64,000 nt of DNA from an uncultured delta proteobacterium (GCA_963769935.1 CAVYNY010000020.1:473609-537608), one strand, 5' to 3'; positions 33,224 through 44,126 are shown, numbered from the stretch's first letter. Program-made: numbers and translations. Notes: generated by a model from the letters alone, not told the origin.

Positions 33224-35203
33224 ATGGCATTACCGAATAAACCTGCTGGTGAGCTTAAGGCTGTGAGGGACCCGGAAGTAGAAGAGCGGGAAGTTGACAT
33301 TCTGATCGTGGGCGGCGGTATGGCTGCCTGCGGCGCCGCGTTTGAGGTTAAGAAATGGATGAGCGACGATCAGAGTGTGCTGCTGGTGGACAAGGCCGCC
33401 CTGGAAAGAAGCGGCGCGGTTGCTCAGGGTCTTTCTGCAATTAACACTTTTATCGGCGATAATTCCCCGGAAGACTATGTGCGCATGGTCCGCAACGACC
33501 TGATGGGTATCGTGCGCGAAGACCTGATTTTTGATCTGGGCTGTCACGTGGATGACTCTGTTCATCTGTTTGAGGAGTGGGGGCTGCCTATCTGGAAAAA
33601 ATCCGCTGATGGCAAAAACCTGGACGGCAAAAAAGGCCAGCAAATGGGCACCCTGAAATCCGGCGCCAGCCCGGTGCGTACCGGTAAATGGCAGATCATG
33701 ATCAACGGCGAATCCTACAAACGAATTGTGGCCGAGGCTGCCAAGCTGGCGATCGGTGAAGAAAATGTTTTGGAAAGGGTTTTCATCGTCGAACTGCTGC
33801 TGGATGCCAACAAAGAAAATCAGATCGCCGGTGCCGTCGGTTTTTCCGTGCGGGAAAACAAAGTTTACATCATCAAGTGCAAGACCATGGTGGTTGCCTG
33901 CGGCGGCGCTGTAAACATCTATCAGCCGCGCAGCGTGGGTGAAGGCAAAGGACGGGCCTGGTATCCGGTATGGAACTCCGGCTCCACCTACTACCTGTGC
34001 ATGAAAGCCGGAGCCGAGCTTTCCATGATGGAAAACCGTTTCACCCCGGCCCGCTTCAAAGATGGCTACGGCCCGGTCGGTGCCTGGTTCCTGCTGTTCA
34101 AAGCCAAGACCCTCAACGGTCTGGGCGAGGCATTTGCCGGCAGTGATGCCGCCAAGGCTGAACTGCAAAAGTACGCACCTTACGGAACGGCCGCCATTAC
34201 GCCGACCTGTCTGCGTAACCACCTGATGCTCTTTGAGATGAAAGAAGGCCGTGGACCGATCATGATGGATACGGTCACCGCCCTGGCCGAGCTTGGCAAG
34301 ACCATGGACAAAAAAGAGCTCAAGCACCTTGAGTCCGAAGCCTGGGAAGACTTCCTGGATATGACCTGCGGCCAGGCCAACCTGTGGTGTGCGACCAACA
34401 CCGAGCCGGAAAAGAAAAATTCCGAAGTTATGCCGACCGAACCCTATCTGCTCGGCTCACACTCCGGCTGCTGCGGTCTGTGGACCTCCGGTCCGGATCT
34501 GGATTGGGTGCCGGATTCCTATAAGCTCAAAGCCGACAACGGCAAGGTTTACAACCGCATGACAACCGTCAACGGTCTGTTCACCGCCGGCGACGGTGTG
34601 GGCTGCTCCGGTCACAAGTTCTCTTCCGGTTCGCATGCCGAAGGCCGCATTACCGCCAAGCAAATGGTCCGCTACGCCAAGGATCATGCCGACTTCACAC
34701 CGGCACTCGCCCAGAGCACCCCGGAGTTGGTCGACTTGGTTTACAAACCGGTTCGCACCTATCTTGATAATTGCGCTTACACCACGGCCGATGATGTCAA
34801 CCCCAACTACATCAAGCCCAACGGCATGATGTACCGCATGATGAAGGCCACCCACGAGTACGGTGCCGGAACCGCCACCTTCTATCAGACCACCAGCAAA
34901 AACCTGGAGATCATTATGGAAATGCTGGAGACCATGCGGGAAGACAATGAGAAGCTGGCTGCCGGTGATCTGCATGAGCTCATGCGGGCCTGGGAAATCC
35001 AGCACCGCATCTGGACGGTGGAATCGCATCTGCGTCACATCCAGTTCCGCAAAGAAACCCGTTATCCCGGTTTCTACTATCAGTCGGATTATCCGGGACA
35101 GGATGATGAGAACTGGTTCTGTTTCGTCAACTCCAAGTACGATCCCAAAGAGCAAAAATGGGATATCTTCAAGAAAGACTACGTCAAAATTTTCAAAGAC
35201 TAA
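33224..35203 (+). CDS. aprA: Adenylylsulfate reductase alpha subunit
   Basis: Motifs RSGAVAQGLSAINT, WQIMINGESYK, GRAWYPVWN and GHKFSSGSHAEG. Confidence 0.99.
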   Translation: MALPNKPAGELKAVRDPEVEEREVDILIVGGGMAACGAAFEVKKWMSDDQSVLLVDKAALERSGAVAQGLSAINTFIGDNSPEDYVRMVRNDLMGIVREDLIFDLGCHVDDSVHLFEEWGLPIWKKSADGKNLDGKKGQQMGTLKSGASPVRTGKWQIMINGESYKRIVAEAAKLAIGEENVLERVFIVELLLDANKENQIAGAVGFSVRENKVYIIKCKTMVVACGGAVNIYQPRSVGEGKGRAWYPVWNSGSTYYLCMKAGAELSMMENRFTPARFKDGYGPVGAWFLLFKAKTLNGLGEAFAGSDAAKAELQKYAPYGTAAITPTCLRNHLMLFEMKEGRGPIMMDTVTALAELGKTMDKKELKHLESEAWEDFLDMTCGQANLWCATNTEPEKKNSEVMPTEPYLLGSHSGCCGLWTSGPDLDWVPDSYKLKADNGKVYNRMTTVNGLFTAGDGVGCSGHKFSSGSHAEGRITAKQMVRYAKDHADFTPALAQSTPELVDLVYKPVRTYLDNCAYTTADDVNPNYIKPNGMMYRMMKATHEYGAGTATFYQTTSKNLEIIMEMLETMREDNEKLAAGDLHELMRAWEIQHRIWTVESHLRHIQFRKETRYPGFYYQSDYPGQDDENWFCFVNSKYDPKEQKWDIFKKDYVKIFKD

Positions 35204-35240
35204 TAAAATGTCGACGCTGATCTGTAGTCAATAAATGCTG

Positions 35241-35273
35241 CCTCCAGGTGTCTTTGGACACCTGGAGGTTTTT
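35241..35273 (+). terminator. Intrinsic terminator after aprA
   Basis: 12-bp perfect stem cctccaggtgtc-tttg-gacacctggagg followed by ttttt. Confidence 0.85.
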
Positions 35274-35290
35274 GTTAAATATCGCAGGGC

Positions 35291-35370
35291 TTCAGGTGTC
35301 AGGTGTCAGGTTTCAGGAAAGTTGCGTCAATTATAACTTTGGCTCTTATACCTGACACCTGAACCCTGAA
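35291..35370. repeat. Heptamer-armed palindrome (CAGGTGT)n...(ACACCTG)n
   Basis: ttcaggtgtcaggtgtcaggtttcagg ... cctgacacctgaaccctgaa; a partial copy lies near 63880. Confidence 0.7.
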
Positions 35371-35411
35371 GTCAAAAACGTTTGAAACCCTAATCGACAC
35401 GGAGAAATAAC

Positions 35412-36689
35412 ATGACAGAAGAAAAAGCAACCCCCAGCAGCGATACCATCTTAGTCGTCGGCGGAGGTATCAGCGGTCTGACTACGGCCCTGGAAGCCGC
35501 CGAAGTGGGGTATGAAGTTCTCTTAGTGGAGAAAAATCCTTATCTGGGAGGACGGGTAGCTCAACTCAATCAATACTTTCCCAAGCTATGCCCTCCGACC
35601 TGCGGGCTCGAGATTAATTTCAGGCGCATCAAGGATAATCCAAGAGTAAAAGTCCTAACCCTGGCGGAAGTTGAAAAAGTCGAAGGCGGCCCCGGCAACT
35701 ACAATGTCGCGATCAAGGTAAATCCCCGCTATGTCAATGAGAACTGCACCTGCTGCGGGGAATGTGCCGCGGCCTGCCGGACTGAGATTGACAGCGCGTA
35801 TGATTTCGGCCTGAAGAAAATCAAAGGCGCGTATTTGCCGTTTGAGATGGCGTTTCCGTCGCGTTTCGTGATTTCGCCTGAAATTATCGGTACCGAGGAC
35901 GCCCAGCGGGCCAAAGACGCCTGCAAGTATGATGCGGTCGACCTGACCATGGAAGCCAAAACGCTGAATATGAACGTGGGATCCATCGTCTGGGCCACCG
36001 GTTGGCAACCCTATGATGCCACCAAAATGGACAATCTCGGCTTCGGGCAGTATCCGAATATTGTCACCAACATGATGATGGAGCGGCTGGCGGCCCCCAA
36101 CGGTCCGACCAAGGGTAAAATCCTGCGCCCATCCGATGACAAGGAACCCGCCAGCATAGCATTTGTCCAGTGTGCCGGCTCCCGGGACGAGAATTATCTG
36201 CCTTACTGTTCATACATCTGCTGTATGGCTTCTTTGAAACAGGCCACCTATGTTCGCGAACGATATCCGGAGGCCAAAATATATGTGTTTTACATCGACC
36301 TGAGAACACCGGGCTATCGTTATGAGCGGTTTTACGAGAAGATCAAACAAGACGAAAACATCTTTTTGATCAAAGGCAAGGTGGCGGAGGTCAGTGAGGA
36401 TCCAACCAGTAAAAACATCACCGTGGTTGCCGAAAATGCAGTTACGGGCGAAAAGATCCACCAGCAAGTCGAAATGGTTGTTCTGGCCACCGGTATGCAG
36501 CCCACAACCGCGACAAACAAACTGCCGGCCGATCTTAAATACACCCAAGACGGTTTTATCATCAACGATTACGCCGCCGGCGGAATGTTCGGGGCCGGGT
36601 GTGCCGTTAAACCGGCCGACGTGGTTTCGTCCAATCAAAATGCAACCGGTATGGCTTTAAAGGCCATCCAAACTCTGGTGAACAGGTAG
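35412..36689 (+). CDS. qmoA: Quinone-interacting membrane-bound oxidoreductase subunit A (HdrA-like)
   Basis: Motifs GGGISG, YFPKLCPPTCGLEIN, QCAGSRD and CSYICC. It follows aprA. Confidence 0.95.
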   Translation: MTEEKATPSSDTILVVGGGISGLTTALEAAEVGYEVLLVEKNPYLGGRVAQLNQYFPKLCPPTCGLEINFRRIKDNPRVKVLTLAEVEKVEGGPGNYNVAIKVNPRYVNENCTCCGECAAACRTEIDSAYDFGLKKIKGAYLPFEMAFPSRFVISPEIIGTEDAQRAKDACKYDAVDLTMEAKTLNMNVGSIVWATGWQPYDATKMDNLGFGQYPNIVTNMMMERLAAPNGPTKGKILRPSDDKEPASIAFVQCAGSRDENYLPYCSYICCMASLKQATYVRERYPEAKIYVFYIDLRTPGYRYERFYEKIKQDENIFLIKGKVAEVSEDPTSKNITVVAENAVTGEKIHQQVEMVVLATGMQPTTATNKLPADLKYTQDGFIINDYAAGGMFGAGCAVKPADVVSSNQNATGMALKAIQTLVNR

Positions 36690-36699
36690 GAGGATTTCC

Positions 36700-39033
36700 A
36701 TGGATAAAAAGTATGGTGTTTATATCTGCGAGGGTTGTGGAATCGGAGAGGCCCTGGATATCGAGAAGCTTTGCGAGGTGCCTAAAGAGGAGGGGTTCCC
36801 GGTTAAAACCTGTCCGATACTTTGCGGCAAAGAAGGGGTTGAACTGCTGAAGTCCGATATCGCCGAGGGCGTCAACACCTTGGTCATCGCCGCCTGTTCC
36901 CGCCGGGTACTGTATGATGTCTTCCGGTTTGACGGCTGCATTGTGGACCGGGTCAACCTCAGAGAGCAGGTGGTCTGGACGCATCCCCGGTCGACGTATC
37001 CGGCGCCCACCGAAGAGCAAAAGGCTGACGAGCAATTCATCGATCATGTCCAGTTGCTGGCCGCAGATTATCTCAAGATGGGCATGGCCCGGGTGGCAAA
37101 AGTCGCTCTGCCCGAACCTTATAAACTTGATACGTTTAACAGAAATATACTGGTTATCGGCGGCGGCATCAGCGGCATTACCGCCGCCATCGAGGCCGCC
37201 AAGACGGGCTACGACGTGACCATCGTCGAAAAAGAATCCGCCCTGGGCGGCAGGGCGAAGACCTGGCGCAAACAGCTGCCCGGTGCTTATCCCTATGAAG
37301 AGCTGATTTCACCGACCATCGAAGCTAAAATCAGCGAACTCAAAGGCTACGCCAAGGTCACGGTCAAAACCGACGCGGTTGTCGCGCGGATTGCCGGTGA
37401 ACCGGGCAACTTTACCGTTACCCTGAAAAAACCCGGCGAAAAAATCGAATTCGACGTACCCTATCCGCTGCCCGAAGAGATGAAGGTCGATGACAAGGGC
37501 AAGGAGCTGAATGCCGAACAGCTGCATCAGAAGTTCATGGAGTACAACCAGGGCAGGCAGGACATCTTAACCTTTGATCCGGATGGTGAAAAGTTCGGGG
37601 CCGTGATTCTGACGGCCGGCTGGCGACCCTATATACCAAAAGAAGGGGAAATGGCCCATCTTGGATACGGACAGTTCGCCGATGTGGTGACCAACCACCA
37701 GTTTGAAGAGATCGCGGCCGCCGGCCAAATTACCCGCCCCTCGGACGGCCAAGAAGCCAAATCGGTGGTCTTTATCCAAAGCCCGGGACAGGGAGATGAC
37801 AAGGACTTTGCCTATACCGGTGCCGTGACCAGCATGGTGGCGCTCAAGCAGGCCAAGTATGTCCGAGAGGATTATGACGACGCCAAAGCCTATGTGTTCT
37901 ATCAGCACATGCGCACGGTCGGACTGACCGAAAATTTCTACAAAAATATTCAGCAGGATCCGGGCATTTTTATGACCAAAGGCGAAGTGACCAAGGTTTC
38001 TAAAAACGGCAACGGTCTGATCGTGGAAGCCGACAATACCCTGCTGGGCGAGAAGGTCCAGGTCAAAGCCGACCTGGTGGTGCTGGCAACCGGTATGGTT
38101 CCGGTAACCAAAGATGATCCGGTCGTCAACCTGGCCTACCGTCAGGGACCCGGATTCCGGGATAACGCCCTTTTCGATGACTATGCCGATTCCAACTACA
38201 TCTGCTTTCCCTATGAAACCCAGCGTACCGGCATTTATGCGGCCGGCGCAATCCGGCGCAGCATGAGCGTGGAGGAATCCATCGAGGACGCCACCGGCGC
38301 GACTTTAAAGGCCATTCAATGCCTGGAATCGGTCAATCGCGGTGTCTCCGTTCACCCGCGATCCGGCGACATGACTTTCCCCGACTTTTTCTTCCAGCGC
38401 TGCACCCAGTGCAAACGCTGTACCCAGGAATGCCCCTTCGGGGCCATTGACGACGACGCCAAGGGAACGCCCAAACCCAATCCGGCCCGCTGCCGCCGCT
38501 GCGGTACCTGCATGGGCTGCTGCCCCGAGCGCATCATCAATTTTTCCGACTACAGCATCGACAGCATCGGGTCCATGGTGAAAGCCATCGGTGTACCTTC
38601 CGCAGATGACTTTGATGATCCCCCAATGCGTGTCCTGGGCCTGGTCTGCGAAAATGATGCTTACCCGGCCCTGGATATCGCCGCACTGAACCGGCTTGAA
38701 TATTCGGCGGATGTGCGCTTCATACCTGTCCGGTGCCTGGGTTCGGTCAATGTGATCTGGATCAAAGATGCGCTTTCCCAAGGCATGGACGGTGTGTTCC
38801 TGCTCGGCTGCAAATACGGTGATGACTACCAGTGTCACTTTATCAAAGGCAGTGAACTGGCCGACATTCGAATGAAAAAAATCGGTGACGCCCTGGCGAG
38901 TCTGGCGCTGGAAGAAGAACGGGTGGCCCAGTTTGAAGTGGCCATAGACGACTATGCCAAATTGCCGAAAATCATCAATGACTTTGTCGACTCTATTATT
39001 GAAATGGGTCCGAATCCGTTCAAGGGATTCTAA
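36700..39033 (+). CDS. qmoB: Qmo subunit B (HdrA-MvhD fusion)
   Basis: FAD motif, ferredoxin motifs CTQCKRC/CRRCGTC and an MvhD-like C-terminus (CENDAYP, RCLGS, GC....CHF). Confidence 0.96.
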   Translation: MDKKYGVYICEGCGIGEALDIEKLCEVPKEEGFPVKTCPILCGKEGVELLKSDIAEGVNTLVIAACSRRVLYDVFRFDGCIVDRVNLREQVVWTHPRSTYPAPTEEQKADEQFIDHVQLLAADYLKMGMARVAKVALPEPYKLDTFNRNILVIGGGISGITAAIEAAKTGYDVTIVEKESALGGRAKTWRKQLPGAYPYEELISPTIEAKISELKGYAKVTVKTDAVVARIAGEPGNFTVTLKKPGEKIEFDVPYPLPEEMKVDDKGKELNAEQLHQKFMEYNQGRQDILTFDPDGEKFGAVILTAGWRPYIPKEGEMAHLGYGQFADVVTNHQFEEIAAAGQITRPSDGQEAKSVVFIQSPGQGDDKDFAYTGAVTSMVALKQAKYVREDYDDAKAYVFYQHMRTVGLTENFYKNIQQDPGIFMTKGEVTKVSKNGNGLIVEADNTLLGEKVQVKADLVVLATGMVPVTKDDPVVNLAYRQGPGFRDNALFDDYADSNYICFPYETQRTGIYAAGAIRRSMSVEESIEDATGATLKAIQCLESVNRGVSVHPRSGDMTFPDFFFQRCTQCKRCTQECPFGAIDDDAKGTPKPNPARCRRCGTCMGCCPERIINFSDYSIDSIGSMVKAIGVPSADDFDDPPMRVLGLVCENDAYPALDIAALNRLEYSADVRFIPVRCLGSVNVIWIKDALSQGMDGVFLLGCKYGDDYQCHFIKGSELADIRMKKIGDALASLALEEERVAQFEVAIDDYAKLPKIINDFVDSIIEMGPNPFKGF

Positions 39034-39035
39034 CT

Positions 39036-39146
39036 ATTGAAAATTGAAGATTGTAAATTGAATATTTGTGGATGTCGCTGCGCTCCGACCTAATTAAAAT
39101 CGAAACAATACCTTAAATATTCAATATTCAATCGAAAATATTCAAT
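39036..39146. repeat. Heptamer-armed palindromic element with GTCGCTGCGCTCCG core (copy 2)
   Basis: Same arms and core as 20315-20446; it sits inside the qmoB-qmoC spacer. Confidence 0.8.
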
Positions 39147-39232
39147 TCCGGCTCGTCCGGATTGTGATTTTAAATTGAGGTTTGGCTATGAAGTATATGA
39201 TAGCTGAGCCTCGATATAAGGGAGGTATTAGT

Positions 39233-40390
39233 ATGGCTGAAACTTATATTATCGAGCCTGATTTGAATTTCATCAAGGAAGTGGGTGCGCTGGGCGGCGA
39301 GGACCTGAAAAAGTGCTACCAGTGCGCCACCTGTTCGGTGGCCTGCCCGATTTCTCCGGACATCAAACCCTTTCCCCGCAAGGAAATGATCGCCGCTTCC
39401 TGGGGGCTGAAGGACAAACTGGTGGGCAATTCCGATATCTGGCTGTGTCACAATTGCGGCGATTGTTCCGTGCGCTGTCCGCGGGAGGCCAAACCGGCGG
39501 ATGTGCTGGCAGCCGTGCGGGCCTACACGATTTCAGAATATGCGCAGCCCAAAGCCCTGGCCAGGGCGATGAAAAATCCTAAAATGCTGCCTGTTTTGCT
39601 GGCGATCCCCGCGGTTTTGTTTCTGGTTGTGGGCACGATTACCGGTCTGCTCGATTTTACGCCTGATCTCAGCGAAGGTATCAAACATCACGAATTTTTC
39701 TCCACCTGGCTGGTGGACATGCACATGGTCCCGGCGGCCATTTTTGCGGTGGCCGTGTTTGCCCTGAGCCTTAAGCGTTTCCTGGGAGACATCCACCAAA
39801 ATGCATTGGCCGAGGGCAAGACGACCAAGGAGACCGTCGAAGTCGGCGGGTTCATTGCGGCCCTCTTAAAAATCATTCCGACCATCCTGGCCCACCGCAA
39901 GTTTTCGCAGTGTACCGAAAATAAAGACCGCGAAATCGCCCATTTGCTGACCCTGTATGGCTTCATCGGACTGTTTATCGTCACCAGCGTTCTCTTTGTG
40001 GTGATGTACGGGTCCTATCTGCTGCCGATCGGACCGCTCCACGGACCCTGGTCCCAGCTGAATCCCATCAAGTGGCTGGCGAATCTGGCGGGAGTTGCCC
40101 TGATCGTCGGCACCAGCCTGATGATCAAAAACCGCAGCTCGAAAAAAGATCAGGTCTCCGGCTACTGGGACTGGTACCTGATATATCTGGCTTTCGGCCT
40201 GGGTGTGACGGGGATGGCCGCGGAGCTGACCCGTTTGGCCGGATGGGCGGTGGTTACCTTTACGATCTACTATATTCACCTGATCCTGGTATTTTCCCTG
40301 ATTGCCTATCTGCCCTTCTCAAAGCTGGCGCATCTGGTTTACCGCACGGTGGCCATGGCGTATAACGAGTATGCGGGGAGGAACTTCTAA
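39233..40390 (+). CDS. qmoC: Qmo membrane subunit C
   Basis: Motifs CYQCATCSVACP and WLCHNCGDC, TM helices, and YLPFSKLAHLVYRT. Start placed at ATG 39233 after GGAGG. Confidence 0.96.
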   Translation: MAETYIIEPDLNFIKEVGALGGEDLKKCYQCATCSVACPISPDIKPFPRKEMIAASWGLKDKLVGNSDIWLCHNCGDCSVRCPREAKPADVLAAVRAYTISEYAQPKALARAMKNPKMLPVLLAIPAVLFLVVGTITGLLDFTPDLSEGIKHHEFFSTWLVDMHMVPAAIFAVAVFALSLKRFLGDIHQNALAEGKTTKETVEVGGFIAALLKIIPTILAHRKFSQCTENKDREIAHLLTLYGFIGLFIVTSVLFVVMYGSYLLPIGPLHGPWSQLNPIKWLANLAGVALIVGTSLMIKNRSSKKDQVSGYWDWYLIYLAFGLGVTGMAAELTRLAGWAVVTFTIYYIHLILVFSLIAYLPFSKLAHLVYRTVAMAYNEYAGRNF

Positions 40391-40416
40391 CCAATTCAAA
40401 AAATTTGGGAAAAGCT

Positions 40417-40456
40417 AAAAAAGGGGTGGCTATTGTTCAGATAGTGCCCCTTTTTT
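40417..40456 (+). terminator. Intrinsic terminator after qmoC
   Basis: aaaaaaggggtggctat...atagtgcccctttttt. Confidence 0.65.
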
Positions 40457-40457
40457 A

Positions 40458-40548
40458 TTGGAGTAAGGAGTGTTGGAGTGTTGGAGTGATGTAAAAAAGA
40501 TAAGCGGGCATTTCCAATAATCCAATACTCCATTACTCCAATACTCCA
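40458..40548. repeat. 8-mer-armed palindrome (TGGAGTGT)n...(ATACTCCA)n
   Basis: ttggagtaaggagtgttggagtgttggagtgatg ... tccaatactccattactccaatactcca. Confidence 0.7.
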
Positions 40549-40563
40549 GCAGTCCCCCCAAAT

Positions 40564-40594
40564 AAAAAAGGGAGTGCCTCGCGGCGCTCCCTTT
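40564..40594 (-). terminator. Intrinsic terminator after sat
   Basis: The minus strand reads gggagcgcc-gcga-ggcactccc-tttttt. Confidence 0.75.
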
Positions 40595-40621
40595 AGAGTT
40601 GGAATCGAATGAGGTGGTCAG

Positions 40622-41905
40622 TTACTTCTTGTTTTCTCCGGTGGCAGCTCCGTGCAGCTTGATTTCAACCTTTTCCGTGAGTCCTCGGTAGTATTCGCGC
40701 AGAATCGCAACGACCTCATCTCTTCCAAAATGATCCGGCATTTCACCGCCTTCGGAAAGCAGCTTGCGCAGCATGGTTCCGCTGAGCAGCACCCGATCCT
40801 CTTTGCCGTGCGGGCAGGTTCGCAGGGAAGCCATCCCGTCGCATTTGAAGCAGTAAAAGGTCCAGTCGATTTTCAAAGGCGTGCAGAGCAAGGCCTTGCC
40901 TTCTCCCGGCGGAGTCGGGATTTTGTTAAATATGGTCTGGGCTTCGAACATGCCGTAGAAATCGCCCACGCCGGCATGATCACGGCCGATGATCATACGC
41001 GAGCAGCCGTAGTTCTGACGGAAGGTGGCGTGCAGCAGACCTTCGCGGGGTCCGGCATAGCGCATATCCAGCGGATAGCCGCCCTGGACGACCTTGTCTT
41101 CGACAAAATAATTCTTCACCAGGGCATCGATGCATTTGACCCGCACCGAAGCCGGAATGTCACCCGGTTTCAGGTTGCCGACCAGTGAATGAATGTAAAC
41201 GCCGTCGCAGACTTCCACCGCAATTTTACAAAGATATTCGTGGGACCGGTGCATGGGGTTTCTCAACTGCAGGGCGGCCACTTCGCTCCAGCCGCGTTCC
41301 TCGAAGATCCGGCGGGATTCTTCCGGCCGCATATAAACGCCGGCATACCGGGTGGGATACTCGCCTTCACTGAGCACTTTGACAGGACCGGCGAGGTTGA
41401 ACTCTTTTTGCGCCATGACCATCTGGACTCCGGGGTGGTCGTCTTTGGCTATTTTCCAGAATTCTGCGGGTGTCGGCGTACCTTCGCCCATGTACACCTT
41501 TTCGCATTCGTACTTCTTGTCCGCTTCGGTCATTGCATATTTTTCGGTGACCTTCATGGTCGCCATGATTTCATCCGCTTCGGGATCGTAAAGAGCTATT
41601 TCCTCGCCTGCTTTGATGCTGTCGGCATCATCTTTGCCGGCTGACAGGGTCACTGGAATAGGCCAGAAGGTCCCGTCGGCCGTTAAGAATTTGTCACAAA
41701 CTCCTTGCCAGTCCGCTTTGGTCATAAAACCGGTCAGGGGACTGAATCCGCCGATACCCATCATAATCAGGTCACCTTTTTCACGCTGCGAAATCGGGAT
41801 CTTTTTGAGGCCTTCGGCTTTCTCCTTTTCCGCCTTCAGCTCAGCGCCTTCCAGCAGGCAACAGGTCAGACCTTTTCCGCCATGAGGTGGAATCAATTTT
41901 GACAT
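40622..41905 (-). CDS. sat: Dissimilatory sulfate adenylyltransferase
   Basis: [28 protein letters not shown] and [10 protein letters not shown]. Start placed at ATG 41905. Confidence 0.98.
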   Translation of the reverse strand: MSKLIPPHGGKGLTCCLLEGAELKAEKEKAEGLKKIPISQREKGDLIMMGIGGFSPLTGFMTKADWQGVCDKFLTADGTFWPIPVTLSAGKDDADSIKAGEEIALYDPEADEIMATMKVTEKYAMTEADKKYECEKVYMGEGTPTPAEFWKIAKDDHPGVQMVMAQKEFNLAGPVKVLSEGEYPTRYAGVYMRPEESRRIFEERGWSEVAALQLRNPMHRSHEYLCKIAVEVCDGVYIHSLVGNLKPGDIPASVRVKCIDALVKNYFVEDKVVQGGYPLDMRYAGPREGLLHATFRQNYGCSRMIIGRDHAGVGDFYGMFEAQTIFNKIPTPPGEGKALLCTPLKIDWTFYCFKCDGMASLRTCPHGKEDRVLLSGTMLRKLLSEGGEMPDHFGRDEVVAILREYYRGLTEKVEIKLHGAATGENKK

Positions 41906-42277
41906 TTGATCATTTCTCCTTTCCCTATAGTTTTTTTCGATGAATCGCTTGGCGCGATTGTAAATCATATTCAATAAAGAAAATATGATTAGTAAGGAAT
42001 GAGGTATTTGTCAAGCGGAATCCGGCATTTTCCCGCGCACCGCATTAGTTTCCGTTTTTCATGGTTAAATAGAATTGGCTCCTCGCCGGGTGCAGGGTTT
42101 TTTCATTTAAGAGCCGGGGCTGATAACTTAAAACATAGCAAATGTTGAGGCACAGCCTGAAGTCGATGTCCGCCGGGATTCGGCCATTTGACAACCTGCG
42201 ATACTAGTGATTAGTTTCGGATAATTCAATCGGATTTCAGAAATTGGATTTTTATCTGGATTCAGGAGCTACCGTAA

Positions 42278-42658
42278 ATGAACATAACCCAAACACCTGT
42301 TGAACGACGCCAGCAGCCAAGGTTCAAAGTCGTCGAGGGCGTTTTTGCCGCGCTTGTCAATCATACCAGCAAATTGGGACAGATCCGGGATATCAGTAAA
42401 AGAGGGCTCGCCTTCCGATACATCGACCACGGAGATGAGACCGGAGAAACCACTGAATTGAAGATCATTATCGGCAGCGGGGGAGTGTATTTAGACAAGC
42501 TGCCTTTTATAAAAGTCACCGATTTTGAGATCAAAAACGAATATAGTTTCAGCTCCCTCAAAATACGCCAGATTGGTTTGGAGTTCGGGAGATTATCCAA
42601 GCAGCAGCTGCGCCGATTAGAGCATTTTATCCAAAATCATACGGTCGGAGAAGCTTAG
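42278..42658 (+). CDS. PilZ domain protein (putative c-di-GMP receptor)
   Basis: RxxxR (ERRQQPR) and DxSxxG (DISKRG) motifs. Confidence 0.85.
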   Translation: MNITQTPVERRQQPRFKVVEGVFAALVNHTSKLGQIRDISKRGLAFRYIDHGDETGETTELKIIIGSGGVYLDKLPFIKVTDFEIKNEYSFSSLKIRQIGLEFGRLSKQQLRRLEHFIQNHTVGEA

Positions 42659-42730
42659 GAGGGTGCACTCTTTTGCAATTTGATGAATTCAGAATGATTT
42701 TACTAATCTTGCGTTCCAAACACTCCAATT

Positions 42731-42900
42731 AAATCCCAAATATCAAAACTCAAATACCAAACAAATCCCAATGACAAAATTTCAAAATCCTAAACAAATG
42801 ATCGGCTTACATTTGCAGGGAGTGGTAAAATCAGCGGTAGAGCAAATTTGTCGAAACGGTATCGGCCAAGTGTGGCCTTTGTTTTGGTCATTGGATATAG
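42731..42900. repeat. Heptamer-armed palindromic element related to 30931-31160
   Basis: aaatcccaaatatcaaaactcaaataccaaacaaatcccaatgac ... gttttggtcattgga. Confidence 0.6.
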
Positions 42901-42908
42901 CAGATATT

Positions 42909-43916
42909 TTAGGGACGTATACTGTTCAACCCCACGAAGGTGCCGCCGTTCTTGTAGCATAGGATTCGCATCAGGGTGGCAAAACGTTCGCCGGTGTTCC
43001 CCCGGCCCACTTTATCCTGCAGCATCGTCGGGAAGCCGACGGCATGGATTCGAACCCGGCGTATGCCGTTGCTGGTTGGTTTATTGATCCGATCGATCTC
43101 TTCAATGACCGGCTGGATGGCGTTGCCGCTGAATTCATCGCCGAAGACATACAGGCTGATTTTCTTGTCGCCGGCATAATAGGCGTTGATCGCGGCTGTA
43201 ATACCTTCCACCGGGCTGCTGTTGCTAAAAGAGCGCCAAGTGCTCAAGTTGGAAATAATAGCCCGGCGGCGAGCCGGGGTGTCCGGTATCCATTTTCCGG
43301 CGTAATCGGAGAACATATATACTCCCATGTCGTTCATAATCTGGATACCTTTAACTTGAGGATAGACTTTCAGCGTTTCGGCCAGCTTTTTCTGGACCAG
43401 GCCCCAGGCATTGCGCTGCATGCTGCCCGAGGTGTCTATGATAAAGATGATATATTCGCTGTCCACCGGAATTCCTGCGACGGATCTGTCAATTTTTGGC
43501 GGCTGCTTTTGCAGCAGGCGTTTCATTTCTTCAGTTAATTCCTGCATTGCCCTGGCAAGCTTTTCTTCAATGATATTTTGCACCTGAGCCTGCTGATGGG
43601 ATGCCGCAAATTGTCCCTTTGCGTTCGATAGATCCCCCTGCAGGCGGGCCAGTCTCTTTTTCTCATCTGAAAGTTGTTCTTTTTGGCCTTCCAGTTCGCG
43701 ATCGAGCACGGCTGTTTGGCCGCGAATTTCATGCAACTCTTCCTCCAGGCGTGCGATTTCGGCCTGAAGGTCTCGGCGCACCCCTTCAATGATGACGGGT
43801 TCGGCGAATTTAGATAACACGAACAATAAAATGATGGCCCCAAAGGCGCAGCAAATGACGTCCAAAAACGACAGGCTGAATATTTCTATGTCGCGACGGC
43901 GGGTTCGCATGATCAA
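42909..43916 (-). CDS. Single-TM coiled-coil vWA-domain protein (ExbD/MotB-like TM)
   Basis: N-terminal SLSFLDVICCAFGAIILLFV, a coiled coil, and MIDAS motif IIDTSGSM. Confidence 0.85.
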   Translation of the reverse strand: MIMRTRRRDIEIFSLSFLDVICCAFGAIILLFVLSKFAEPVIIEGVRRDLQAEIARLEEELHEIRGQTAVLDRELEGQKEQLSDEKKRLARLQGDLSNAKGQFAASHQQAQVQNIIEEKLARAMQELTEEMKRLLQKQPPKIDRSVAGIPVDSEYIIFIIDTSGSMQRNAWGLVQKKLAETLKVYPQVKGIQIMNDMGVYMFSDYAGKWIPDTPARRRAIISNLSTWRSFSNSSPVEGITAAINAYYAGDKKISLYVFGDEFSGNAIQPVIEEIDRINKPTSNGIRRVRIHAVGFPTMLQDKVGRGNTGERFATLMRILCYKNGGTFVGLNSIRP

Positions 43917-44060
43917 TAGGCTAAAGGCTAAAGGTTAAAGGTCAAAGGATAAAGGATAAAGGTTTAGGGTTTTGGGGCTGAATAATTGAATATTGGATGT
44001 TGCAAATTAAAAAGACGGAACACCTCAAATATTCAATCTGCAATCTTCAATATTCAATTG
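43917..44060. repeat. Tandem (AAAGGNT)n heptamers plus an ATTGAA/TTCAAT-armed element
   Basis: aggctaaaggctaaaggttaaaggtcaaaggataaaggataaagg; the same unit occurs at about 29037-29075, 46826-46968 and 63952-63982. Confidence 0.7.
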
Positions 44061-44126
44061 AATGGCTGCCATGCCCTCTGTCCTATGCAATTTACCTAAC
44101 CATCTTACAATCCGAATCCGCAATCA

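Noticed and set aside
33230..34327. Long antisense ORFs (for example opposite aprA, infB and the hydrogenase)
   Set aside because: These are shadow frames of GC-biased coding genes, with no motifs or RBS.
41958..41975. Rex-like operator upstream of sat (TTGTAAATCATATTCAAT)
   Set aside because: Only the left half fits TTGTGAA-N4-TTCACAA and the spacing is off, which is too weak to call without a PWM scan.
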